DNA from: the human T2T-CHM13v2.0 reference genome, Homo sapiens
Length of the DNA stretch: 64,000 nt
Assembly (NCBI RefSeq): GCF_009914755.1
Contig: NC_060927.1
Strand: one strand, 5' to 3'
The number at the start of each line of letters is the position of its first letter. Position 1 is the stretch's first letter. Below, piece after piece: positions 29,397-42,001 of this stretch. The notes beneath the pieces were generated by a model, which worked only from the letters and a program-made list of their open reading frames with translations, searched no databases and was not told the DNA's origin. The position numbers were made by a program, and so were the translations under genes.

Positions 29397-30773
29397 ACAA
29401 TTAATTTTTAGGACCACTTTACAATGCTTACTGAATATTTGCAGTTCCCTACTGTTTGTAATAGTAAAATATTGGGACAATTTGAAATGACCAACAATTA
29501 AAAATTTTTAAAGACAACCCAAATATCCCAAAATAAGTAGAGGAATTAAATTAATGAAATTATGGTAAGTTACAAAATAGTACATATTATGTAATATCCC
29601 TTTGTTTTAATGTATCTATATATGTATGAAGAATATGCAACGATATATACTATACAGTGAATGGCAGTTGTCTCTAAATAGGCAAGATTATATGTGTTTG
29701 TAATATTGTTCCTTTACTAATTTGTTTGTGGTTTTTTGCTTGATCTTGGTTTTTGAGCATAACATGTCCACCTGACTGTGTAATAATATAATTAATATAT
29801 TAATTAATAGAAATCCCATTGTTTAATATTTATATTGGATTTTCCTTCCCCCGGCTAATCATCACTCTCATATATTTAGGTTATCCAACTTTTTGCCATC
29901 AAAAAGAACTCAACAGAAATAACTGGGTAAACCTGAATTTAAAATAATAAAGTAAAATAGGGGAGAAAATCCTGAAAAATGAATAAAATTCCTTAAAGAA
30001 AAAGAATTGTAAAATCACCCCAGACATGCCAAAATCAGTTAAAACCAGTGGCCAAAAAAATGTTAATTTTAATTCATTCTTGAGCTTTCGAAGCAATGGT
30101 GACTGTATCACAAACTACTATTATTTGCAGTTCCCAGAATTTGGGATTAGGTCTTTGTCTGCATGGGTACCAAGTAAACAACAGGTACTTCATGTCTTAT
30201 TCATGTGCTGTCTTCTCTGTGAAGCCTTTCCTGATTCCTCCAGACATTGATAGATATCCATTGCCATATGCACCCTTCTTGTACATATTTCTGTTTTATA
30301 TTTTACCATAATGTAAAGTAAATATTTATGTGTCTGTCTCTTCCATTAGATTAAAAGCTCCCTGAAAGCAGAAACCATATCTTAGCATTTTTATATTCTC
30401 TGCCTTATCCCTAACACAGTGAAATATGAATGAAACTGCTATAAAAAATGCCTGAGTTACTAAATCTGACACAGTCACTTCAACAAACATTTAAGTGCCT
30501 GCTTAGAGTGGAAACATTTATGGAAGCTATAAAAGGAACTAAAACTGTGGCTCTTCACCATAAGCAGCTTAAAAGGTTAATGGAGAAGTTTATATAAGAA
30601 TATAGGTAATTATAAAACACACAGAATAAATCTTAGAAGTCAAATGAAGTGTTATAAGTGTATAGCAAAGGGAGAAGTTAATTCCGTCTGAAAAGGAGGG
30701 ATTAGGGAAAGTTTCCTGGAAGAGTCAGTATATCAGAGAAGCTTTAAAAGATGATTAGGATTTTAAAAGGTCA

Positions 30774-31109
<336 letters not shown>

Positions 31110-31592
31110 TAGAGAACCGAGTAGAATCCAGTCTCACTTTCATATACAGTGGGTGAGGAGGAGTATTTTCTTTTTTAATTAGAAAAACAGCGTAGGATTA
31201 GTTCCTGGATATCCTTAATTTAGAAATTTGGAGAAGTCAGTTTACAACCGTTTAAACTGGTAAAACAAGATTTCTTCTTTATGCTCCAAACTATACCTAG
31301 AAAAAAATTTTACTTTACCATCAAATAACTTTTAGAACCCAAAGATTATCAATACATGTGATTTTTTTTCACACATGATTTTCATTAGAGTAGTCAGATT
31401 AGGTAGGATTTTAGGAGGGGAGAATGAAAGACACATTTCAAATTAGGTATAATGACTTTCAACATATCCAAAGTGTCCCATATAAAATAAATCTTAATTC
31501 TATTCTTATTTGTGCTAAGAAAAAAAAGGAAAAAAATTAAAATGCCTTGTCCAAGATCCAAACTAAAAGAAAATTAAAGAAAATATACTTAC

Positions 31593-31739
31593 TGTAACAC
31601 AACCTTTAGAAGCTCCTTTTATTTTACCAATATAAACAGAAGTAAATATAAAATCCAGTTGTAGATCCATCTCATTACTAGGCATAATACTGGAAATGTT
31701 CTCCATGACAGGATTATATGGGCATAACTCAGATGACAT
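31593..31739 (-). CDS. SENP7: SENP7 coding exon (147 nt)
   Basis: AG/GTAAGT; [49 protein letters not shown]. Confidence 0.94.
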
Positions 31740-32346
31740 CTAACAAGGAATAAATCATAAAATGCATATAATTCTTAAGTACTATATAAATGCTGAAAAT
31801 GACTTTCACCATCAAATTCTTCTTTAAATTACTATTAGTGAATTTTTGAAGAACTTTATACTGTTCTTACTGTGAAGAAATAGCTATCTAGATTTTTTTT
31901 CTGAAAAAATATATGACTTACCTTTGAGAAAATTACACTAAATAGCTGAATCCAAAATTAATTCCACAGCCTAAGCTCCAGAAATATATACTCCTCTGTA
32001 TCAAAGCCATGGTTTCACATTCAATAGTCTCTAATAGGTTTTATTCATTTTTAACTTGACAGAAGAAAGTTTTAAACATATATTGTACTTTTGTTTAAAA
32101 TAGGTTTTTAAATATATTATCTCTTTTAATCCCCACAACCACCCTATAGGCAGGTTTTTCAGTTTCCCATTTCATAAATAAAGTTAACAGATGTTTAGAT
32201 TGGTTAAGCGACCTGCCTAAAATCATGCGATTAGTAAGAAGCAAAACAAAGATTCAAACGCACGTTTCTCTCTCCAGGTCCAGTGTCACTTCAACCACAT
32301 AAAATTGTTTCCATTAACCAAAATAATGTTCTTGCTACTGCACTTT

Positions 32347-32547
32347 AAAATTTTTTTATTTTAGATTCAGGGGGCATATGTGCAGATTTGTTACAAGGAT
32401 AATATTGCGTGATGCTGAGGGTTGGGCTTCTATTGAACCTGTCACCCAGATAATACCCAACAGGAAGTTTTATGGCCCTGGCTCTCCTCAACCCTCCCCC
32501 TACTTTTGGAGTTTCCAATGTCTATTGTTCCCATCTTTATGCCTGTG
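32347..32547 (-). mobile_element. Short old L1PA 3' end
   Basis: L1 3'UTR on -; TSD tgctactgcacttt at 32333-32346 and 32548-32561. Confidence 0.82.
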
Positions 32548-33814
32548 TGCTACTGCACTTTTAATATGCCGTGAAGGAATGTAAGTACCTAAGAACCATC
32601 TGTTATCTCAAATTTATATGCTTTATTGTATACTCTATGTTTGAAGACAACCAACCAGAAATGGCTTATACTTGCCTAAAACCTCAAAAATCATATCACT
32701 TCCACTCAAGTGACTATATAACTTTGCTTTTAAATTATAATAGAAAACCAGGCAATATCAGCAGCAACTCTTTCCCACTGTTTCTTCTGAAATTTACACT
32801 ACTTTCAGATGACTTTTTCAACTTTTTCAAATGTGCCTAACCTCTGCACATTATCCGTAACATCACACATTACCAAACAGATTACTACTAAAGCAGTTAT
32901 TATGCATATGTACTCACTCCCCTCTTACCTCTCGCAAATGTGACTAATCCTTATCTAAAACATATATCATACTCATTATTTTAAACCCAGCTCATAACGC
33001 CATTTACCTGCTTAATTGAATTTCTTTGTCATTCTCATGTTTTATTGCTTAGTATACTATTAATATCTTCTTATTCCCTAAGTAAAAAAGGGAATCAATC
33101 AATCAAATCAAATCAGGTAGCTCCAACATCAGTCAGACAAATAACTGTGGGCTTTTTTAGTGATAAAATGAGAAGTTGGTATAGAAATAATTTCTCATTG
33201 GGTTTCACATTTTGTAAAAACTAGCTGGCTCCTAAAAATGACCAATCCATATTTCTCATAATTCATTTAAAACTGGAACAAGAGAGAGCATAGAGATGTG
33301 GCATTCTGCCTTATATGTCTTTGTAGATCTCCACAGTATTGGCTGCTTGGTTGTGATTATGAATGTAGTAAATTCCACAAGATATGTTATTTTCTTATAA
33401 TATGATCATTTCATACTACATTGTCAATTTATACCCTGCCAAGACCTAATTCTTCTACAAGTTTAAATTCATTATCAATAACGACACTTTTAATTATATA
33501 TACAACTAAACCATCAAGTAGGATATTGACCCCATCTGGTAAAAATGGTTACATTTTTGCAAAAATTCAGAACAAAGCTGCTGAGGTGATTTCTGCGTGG
33601 AATACCAAATACAAAAGAAAATACCCATGAAACAATAATCAGACCAAACTGTTTTCATAGATCGGGCCAACTCTTCATCATACTCTGCAAAATAACAGCC
33701 TCTGACATTATTCAAAAACAAAACAAGATAAGTTTACCATAATTCTGCACTGGTGGTCAATGATCTTTTCTTACAAATAGAATAATCACAGACTAATAAT
33801 AAGAAAGAGTACCA

Positions 33815-34130
33815 GCTGGGAGCGGTAGCTCATGCATGTGGTCCTAGCACTTTGGGAGGTGGAGGTAGGAGGATTGCTTGAGCCCAGTAGTTAGAGACCA
33901 GCCTGGACAACAAAGAGAGACCCTCATCTCTAAAAATAGTATATATTTTAAAAACATTAGCCAGGCTTGCTGGCATGAGCCTATGGTGCCAGCTACCTGA
34001 GAGGCTGAATGAGAGGGATGCTTGAGCCCAAGAGGTTGAGGCTGCAGTGAGCCATGATCATGTCACTGCACTCCAGCCTGGGTGACAGGGCAAGACCTTG
34101 TCTCAAAAAGAAAGAAAGAAAGAAAGAAAG
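33815..34130 (+). mobile_element. AluJ with (GAAA)n tail
   Basis: Diverged Alu dimer. Confidence 0.88.
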
Positions 34131-34707
34131 AATACTGATAATAAATGATTTGAACCTTATTTTAGACCTACTCTCTTCAAAGGACTGAATTAATCGACTG
34201 ATATTAAACTAACACACTTCCATTTATGATTTTCTATAAGAATGAAGAGGCAGAGGACTTACCAAACTTGATAGGTTTCTGACCTATATCTCCAAAGCCA
34301 TGTTCTTTCCTCTATATCATACTGCCTTCATAGTATGTGAGGAAAAGGAGTAATTCCAAGTAGCCATAATACTCCAAGACCAGACATATAAATACTAGAA
34401 AATGTGTTTAATTCTACAAAATGTTAGTGAAATGTCCAATGAAAGCCATAAAAAAAGAAAAATATTCAAGTAATAGACTATTCAGACTGAAAAATATAAA
34501 TCACCAGAAGAAAATGGCATAATCTTTTCATTTCAAAATAAAGACAACTACGTATTTCACTCAAACTACTATAAAAGTTGTCTGAAAATTCAAACTAAGA
34601 AAATTTGTAATTTTCATTACAATATTCAGCTTGATAAAACAAATAACAGTCATTAACCAATAGTGTACATTTCATTGTTAATCTATGAGAAGACAGAAAT
34701 AAATTAC

Positions 34708-34865
34708 CTGTACAGATTCACATGTAATCAATGGTAGTTCTAACAATGCTGATTCAGAAGTACTCTCATTTTCATTAGTTGTCTCACGGTCTTGCTTAGA
34801 TTGTAACTTAAGAATTTCTGAACTTTTATGTTCAACAGGTCCTTCTTCATCACTGGAAACAACAA
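34708..34865 (-). CDS. SENP7: SENP7 coding exon (158 nt)
   Basis: AG/GTAATT; (I)[52 protein letters not shown], with SIM-like IVVSSDEE. Confidence 0.94.
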
Positions 34866-34892
34866 CTAAAACGGAAAAGAAAAATGTATTTT

Positions 34893-35176
34893 TGTTTATT
34901 TATTTATTTATTTATTTATTTTTTGAGACACAGTCTCCCCATCTCGGCTCACTGCAACCTCCACCTCCCGGGCTCAGGCAATTCTCCTACCTCAGCCTCC
35001 CGAGTAGCTGGAATTACAGGCATGCGCCACCATGCCCAGCTAATTTTTGTATTTTTAGTAGAGACAGGGTTTCACCATGTTCGCCAGGCTGGTCTCAAAC
35101 TCCTGACCTCAGGTGATCCTCCCGCCTTGGCCTCCCAAAGTGCTGGGATTATAGGTGTGGGTCACTGCACCCAGAC
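34893..35176 (-). mobile_element. AluS with (TTTA)n tail and ~30-nt internal deletion
   Basis: TSD gaaaaatgtatttt at 34879-34892 and 35177-35190. Confidence 0.92.
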
Positions 35177-35227
35177 GAAAAATGTATTTTAAATGTGTAA
35201 CAATCACATATCAAAAAAAGAACTTTT

Positions 35228-35532
35228 GGCCGGGAGCAGTGGCTCACTCCTGTAATCCCAGCACTTTGGGAGGCTGAGGTGGGTAGATTCCCTGAGGTCA
35301 GGAGTTCAAGATCAGCCAGGCCAACATGGTGAAACCCTGTCTCTAGCAAAAATACAAAAATTAGCCGGGCATGGTGGTACATGCCTATAATCCCAGCTAC
35401 TTGGGAGGCTGATTAAGGAGATTACTTGAGCCCAGGAGGGGGAGGTTGCAGTGAGCCAAGATCGCACCACTGCACTCTAGCCTGGCCGACAGAGAGAGAC
35501 TCTGTCTCAAAAAAAAAAAAAAAAAAAAAAAA
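35228..35532 (+). mobile_element. AluS
   Basis: Full dimer; TSD aaaaaaagaacttt. Confidence 0.92.
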
Positions 35533-36304
35533 GAACTTTCTAATTAATGCAATTTATTTTTAATAATCCTGTTAAACTGAATCATCTAAATTTATTCAAT
35601 TTAGAAACAGGCCTATCAGTTGTTATCTGATTTATAGTAGTTACAGACAATGACTCTATATCAGCGCAATTATTCAGCAGTTACCTGTACCCTTACCTTC
35701 TAAAGAATAAAGATGTTTAAAAATGGATAAAGCCATGAGGAGGCCTTGGTAACAAATTCTAGTTCTAACAGTGTATTGTGCCATCACTCTAAATTGTACT
35801 TTTAAGTCCTGTTACATGAATTGCTTCAAGGAATGGGAAATTAATAACTAGGGGAAGATGTGGGCGAGTATTCACTGGAGATCCTTTAAAACCTTTGGAA
35901 TTTCTTTGTACCATGTGATGGCATCAACTACTCAGAAGCTGATTAAATGAAAATTAATGATAATAATCAGATAGCACTTAAACTCTGCATAATTCATCAA
36001 CCAAATGACAGTAATGATGGTCTTTAAATAATCTATTTTAAAACTATTGAGATGACAGTGTACTTACTAATCTAAGAAAAAAATTACTTCTGTTTTCAAG
36101 TCCTCCATTAGTTTACCTAAATCGATATTTTAAAACTCATGAAGGAGACCCCAAACCCCAAGCCCTTTTTTCCTAAAGTTAATATATTCCACAATGATGT
36201 CATAAACAGCTTATGGCCTTAGCCAAATTTGTTCAAGAAGAATAAAAAAATAACTAAGTAAAGCAGAGGAAATTAAGTAACTTTATAATCCTCCTGTCAC
36301 TTAC

Positions 36305-36644
36305 TTGGTTCAGCTGAGATCAGTGATTGGTTCCCTTCATTATGTCCTCTTAGAATAGGCTTTTCTATGGTATTCAACTCATTCTCATCCTTCTCAACCA
36401 GGGAAGAAATCCCCACAATATCAATGGAATTAGAGTTCTCAACAGTTTCAGTGGTTGAACCGGCAGAGGCACTTTTGGTGGCATTACTCAAAGTCAACTC
36501 CTGACTGTTAAGTGAGGATAGTTTAGTAAAATCACTTTTTGTAGGTTTAGTTGTAATTTCTTCAGGCAGTTTTGGATCCTGATGATAGTTTTCACTTGGC
36601 TTTTCAAACTCAGTGGATATTGTTGAGTCATCTTCTTGTTTTTT
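36305..36644 (-). CDS. SENP7: SENP7 coding exon (340 nt)
   Basis: AG/GTAAGT; open frame KKQEDDSTISTEFEKPSENY...NSNSIDIVGISSLVEKDENELNTIEKPILRGHNEGNQSLISAEP; overlaps listed ORF 36297..36497. Confidence 0.94.
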
Positions 36645-37704
36645 CTAAACATAAACACATAGAAAAAAATAGCATTTTTCAAATTTGGCTTGCTTAAACC
36701 ATTTTTAAATTCCTAAAAAAAAGTAAAAATATTATATCACTTCTATAACTACATGGATAGAAAACTAAACAATTATACTACATTATACTTGCCAATGTCT
36801 CCCAAATTTAAAGATACAGGATTTGGTCTGTCCAATCTGATGCCTGATAATTTTTTAAAGGGTGAAATTGGGAGATTTCCATCATTACAAATGCTTTGTC
36901 AGACGGTCTCCCATGATCTAAGTCAACTTTAGAATGAGAAGATGTATTTACATATTTTTATTTTGCAAAAGTAATAATGCCAATGTGACTACTTTGGTAA
37001 AACTACTTTGGTAAAAAAATTTAAAAATTAACAATATAACAACATTAAAAATTATGAAAATCAACCACTGCCTTCAATATCTCATTTACTATATAAATCT
37101 GAATCATGTTTATAATTACAACCCAAAAACATTACAAGGTCCTGAAATGATTTATGGATCAAAGAAATTGAAAAGCTGTCTTACTGTTTTATTGCTACTT
37201 ATATACTAAGTCTTTGAAAATAGAAAATGTATGTATTTAATATGATAATTCTTTACTTAGAATAAATTCCCTAAACTCTAGATAAACAGAAGCTTAAAGA
37301 ATTTGATAAGTAAATTGCTACTGATAAAATAAATCTAATAATAATTTTACAGAGCAAGCAAAAAAAAATGACTAGACAGTATGAATAGTATTTGGCTGAA
37401 ATAAAGAAAAAGAAAAGTCTGAAGGATGTACAACTACCTACTAAGGAAAGAGCGATACAAGAAAATAAGCAATTTTAACTTTTTTAATCATTCATAGTAT
37501 TTGAAATGTGTTCCAATAACTCTGTATCACCAAGAAAAGTTACATTTAGAATTGTTTTTTAATAATAAAGCTAACAGTGAACCAAAAACTAAAGAAATCT
37601 CATAATAAAAGCTGAAAGCTAGAGGAACATTATTTGGCCACAGTCAACTCGTTTTTATCATAGCATGAAATTATTTCCTATAATATCTAAATACCTCTAC
37701 TTAC

Positions 37705-37886
37705 TGTCTGTTCTGTTGACTTATCCAAAGAAGTACAATATTGAGAATCAGGTAAATTATTTCTAAGCCTTCTCTTTGTCTTCCTGGAAATCAGAGTGAG
37801 TTCCACTTTTGAATCAGAATATTTAACATCCTTGTTTCTGCTTTCCTGTTCGAGATGATCACAACCTCTACTTCCACTGTTAAGGT
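37705..37886 (-). CDS. SENP7: SENP7 coding exon (182 nt)
   Basis: AG/GTAAGT; encodes (D)[60 protein letters not shown]. Confidence 0.94.
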
Positions 37887-38225
37887 CTTAAAAAACAAAT
37901 GAAGCATAAATATGGACAAAAAAGTATAGAGAGAATCTCTTTTAGAAAAGCTCGAAGTAACATCATCAGGATTGCTATACTACTTCCAAAGCTCATTAAA
38001 ACAGAAATGTACTGTTAAATTCTCATACTGACACTGGATGAAGGTAAAGGCATGCCCTATTTTAATTGGTATATACCAAGTAAATGTTCATTATACAATA
38101 GTTGTGAGGTGAGAAAAATATATAAAGAAGAAATATCCTTTTTCATAGTAGCCAAAGCAAAGCCACCAAACTGTTTTTCCATTTGCTATAAATGCATTTG
38201 GCTGTACTATCAAAAAAAAAAGGGG

Positions 38226-38620
38226 ATTAAGAAAATGTGGCCCATATACACCATGGAATACTATACAGCCATAAAAAAGGATGAGTTCATGTCCTTTGTA
38301 GGGATATGGATGAAGCTGGAAACCATCATTCTCAGCAAACTATCACAAGGACAAAAAACTAAACACCACATGTTCTCACTCATAGGTGGGAACTGAACAA
38401 TGAGAACACTTGGACGCAGGAAAGGGAACATCACACACTGGGCCTGTTGTAGGGTGGGGGGTGGGGGGAGGGGGGAGGGATAGCATTAGGAGATATACCT
38501 AATGTGAAAGATGAGTTAATGGGTGCAGCACACCAACATGGCACATGTATACATATGTAACTAACCTGCACGTTGTGCACACGTACCCTAGGACTTAAAG
38601 TATAATAATAATAATAAAAA
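38226..38620 (+). mobile_element. L1PA 3' end (5'-truncated)
   Basis: ORF2 C-terminus (WMKLETIILSKL...MFSLIGGN), G-rich 3'UTR, flanks aaaaaagggg. Confidence 0.9.
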
Positions 38621-40265
38621 AGGGGGGGTCTTATTAAAATCCAGAAAATTCATGTCTTAAAGTTTGATAATTCAATGTGACTTTATAAACTAAGTCTTTT
38701 AAAATGTAATTTACATAAATACATATTTTTAGTGGAAAGGGACTATAATTTGAAAGAGTGTTGATCACTGCTCTTTAAAAGGAGACAAAATACCTTTGCT
38801 CTGTAGTTGGCTATAATATGTGATCATTCACAAGGTTACCAATTTACTTGCCAGTTTATTTCTTCTTTTCAATAATCAAGACCCTGTCATTTTAAGTCTC
38901 CAATAAATCCATCATTCTAGAGAAGTACTTCCTTTTTTAAGTCAACAAGACATCATTTTGAAACTCATGCCAATCATTACTAAAAATATTTAATATTTGT
39001 TATCAAATATATGTACTGTACAAAAATACCTTCCAAAAGTTTCCACCTAATTGACTAAAAGTTATCCTGAATTATTTTGCTTTCTGAATCTATGTCATAC
39101 AAGTACCAACTCAAAGTTTATACACAGCAAGTCACAAAGCAGTTGCCTTTAATTCACAATTTTCAATTCATCTGACTGGCCTGACTTTTCCATTCACGGA
39201 ACGTTCTTCAACACCATACATCTTCTCTTCAAACTATTCTTGCTTTTACTGTAGCTTCAACAATTCCTAATAACTAATATTCATGATAATTTGTCTTTGA
39301 CATTACTTAAAGGAAGGCACTGGAACAGGATTGAGGGTAAAAATTCCAAGATAGTCAATCGCCTTTCAATTTCCAGAGAAAACACCCTACTCCCTAAGGA
39401 AAATAAAACTCCCCCCAAATCATCAACACAATATTTAGGATAGCACATTAAATTTTATACGTAATATTGTAAACTATAAAAGTGGTCTAATACAATTTCT
39501 ACACACAATGTATCAAACTATAATTTCTAAACATAAATATTATACTACAGTAAAATGATTCATGAAAGGAAAGGGGCTTGAGAAAAACTTGATTATACAG
39601 GAGTTTTCTTTTAAACAATTTATTATTTGCACATCAGTCAAGCCTGTCTCATGGAAAAAGGAATAACTTTATTATATAGAATGAAATATTGTAAAAATAG
39701 AATTCCACCTGCATAATATATAATTCAACCTGCAAATATTACTAGCATATAAAACTAAAGAGGTGACAAAATCCTGTAAACAAAAGAATACTAAGTATTT
39801 CCAAGGTATTATGTTGGTGAAAGCAAATTCCACAAGGCAAACTTAATGTGCTATGGAAAAAAATGGTACACCTAAGATTTCATTCAGAATTTCCATTAAT
39901 TTACAGGTTTTTAAAAAATAACTGGTATCAGATGTAGGAGAGTAAACACTGCTTTAATAAAGATTCAATAGCTAATTGTATTAGAAACACTTTCCCTACC
40001 AGTAGTGGTACCTTCAGGGATACTGAAAAACTAAAAAATGTTTCTTTTGTCATGTACTCTTCCCTGATGCATGTCTAAAATGCCACTGTGATCTTGAGGT
40101 AACACTCCTGGGTACAAATCAGAAAGTATTTTATTCAAGTCAATGTGAGGACTGTTAGTCCTCACATTCTACTGCTTTCCTGGGTAGAGTAGGAATCTTT
40201 GTCTTGATAGTACCTGAACTGAGCCCACTTGTACAAATACTTACATTTTTACTTGGTAATCAATA

Positions 40266-40559
40266 CAGTCATCCCTCAGTATCCTCAGGGGATTGGTCCC
40301 AGGGACCCAGGATACCAAACTCCATGGATCCATAAGCCCCTAAAGGTATAGTATTTGCATATAACCTATATACATTCTCCTGTATAGTTTAAATAATCTC
40401 TAGATTACTTATAATACCCAATACAACATAAATGTTATGTAGTTGTTATATGTATTTTTTATGATTGTATTATTTTTATTGAAGTTTTTTTCAAATATTT
40501 TCCATCTTTGCTAGGTTGAATCTACAGATGCAGAACACAAAGATACACAGAGATGATTG
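40266..40559. mobile_element. MER2 (TcMar-Tigger) element
   Basis: cagtcatccctcagtatcc terminus, TA-flanked, MER2-like internal sequence. Confidence 0.75.
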
Positions 40560-40882
40560 TAATTACTTCTAAGAAAAGTACAGTTTATAAGAAAATAAAT
40601 GTTTTTCATTATACACTGACAGTGACTAATTGGAAGCTTGTCTGAACAAAGTCACAGCACATTCTCCAAAGACTGCCTTTATAAGAGTTTCAGCTGGTTT
40701 CTTGTACAAATAAAAGTTATTACTGTAGTTTCATTTTAAATTTTTTTCTATTAAAAAGGCTACTAAAAAGAATCTTTAAATAGCTGTGCTCCAAATGAAG
40801 TGTAATGAATTTTTGCACAGCATCATCAAAAGATTTTTTTGTATTGTGAATAACTTATGAAATCACTCAAAAATAAAACAGT

Positions 40883-41200
40883 GGCCAAGCGCGGTGGCTC
40901 TTGCCTATAATCCCAGCATTTTGGGAAGCCGAGGCAGGCAGATCACTGGAGCCCAGGAGTTTGAGACCAGCCTGGGCAACACAGCAAGACCTTGTCTCTG
41001 CAAAATACAAAAAATTAGCCAGGTGTGGTGGTGCATGACTATAGTCTCAACTACTCGGGAGGCTGATGTGGGAGGATCACTTGAGCCCAGGAGGTAGATA
41101 GAGGCTGAAGTGGGCTGTGATCATGTGTGATCATGCCACTGTACACCAGCCTGGGTGACAGAGTGAGGCCCTGTCTTAAAAAGAAAAAGAGAAAGAGAAA
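40883..41200 (+). mobile_element. AluJ
   Basis: Diverged Alu dimer. Confidence 0.88.
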
Positions 41201-41882
41201 AGCAAGAAAGAAAGCAAGCAACAAAGAGACTTCAACAACATTTGAAGCTATCAATAATCCAACAGACCCCTAAAGGTGTTAGTTTCACAAATAAATAATG
41301 TAGTAAAATTGTTTTTCTTCAAGTATCAGTAAAATATTTTTAATTCTTGAAAGAGAGGCAAAAAAGAAAAAGAAGTCGAATCATAAATCCTATATGCAAG
41401 GAGGCCTATAAAAAATTTTCACAAGTCTAGGAAGTATTTACCTTCAAATTTGCTAATAGTGGCTTGTTTGGCATCCTCCTGAAGTTGAGAGAAATTCTAA
41501 TGAATAGAGAATGTATTTCATGGTAGGCAAATAGACAGTGATTAGCTAATAATAAAAACCCAGTTAGCAGTAACATTAATATCCATGGAAACAACACTTA
41601 GAAACAGCTAAATGAACATAACTTCATAGCTATATCCAAGTCTCCCCAAAGAAGAAAAAAATATATTAAAATTTAACTTTTGGGATTAGTAAATAAATCT
41701 AGAAATGAGTACTACGCTACATAAAGAGTAGGTTTAGCAATTTTATTTGTGTTGCCAAATAATCTCCCTTTACTTTCACATATCCTTTCAAAGTAAAATA
41801 AAATAATTTATTTATAACAAAAATTATTATTAATACAATAAGAAAAAATTCAAATTCCAACAGTTTTCTAAGGTTCACAAAC

Positions 41883-42001
41883 CTTCAGGCTGAGTATCAG
41901 ATATTAAAAGAGAAATGCCATCATCCTTTCTTCGTTTTTCTTTATTGTGCGCAGTCTGCTTTGCAGAATTGTCATCTACTGTCTTACTTCGTTGTGAGCC
42001 C
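41883..42001 (-). CDS. SENP7: SENP7 coding exon (119 nt)
   Basis: Acceptor ttttgcag, donor GTTTGT; encodes GSQRSKTVDDNSAKQTAHNKEKRRKDDGISLLISDTQPE; phase joins exon 37705..37886. Confidence 0.93.

Noticed and set aside
33290-33730. Non-repeat stretch with short ORFs on both strands
   Set aside because: No supportable splice sites or protein similarity; conservation cannot be judged from sequence alone
38451-38480. G-quadruplex motif
   Set aside because: Standard L1PA 3'UTR G tract
38794-38979. 186-nt exon-shaped segment (AG...AAG/GTATTT on -)
   Set aside because: Early stop in the required frame and weak polypyrimidine tract; expected by chance in AT-rich intron
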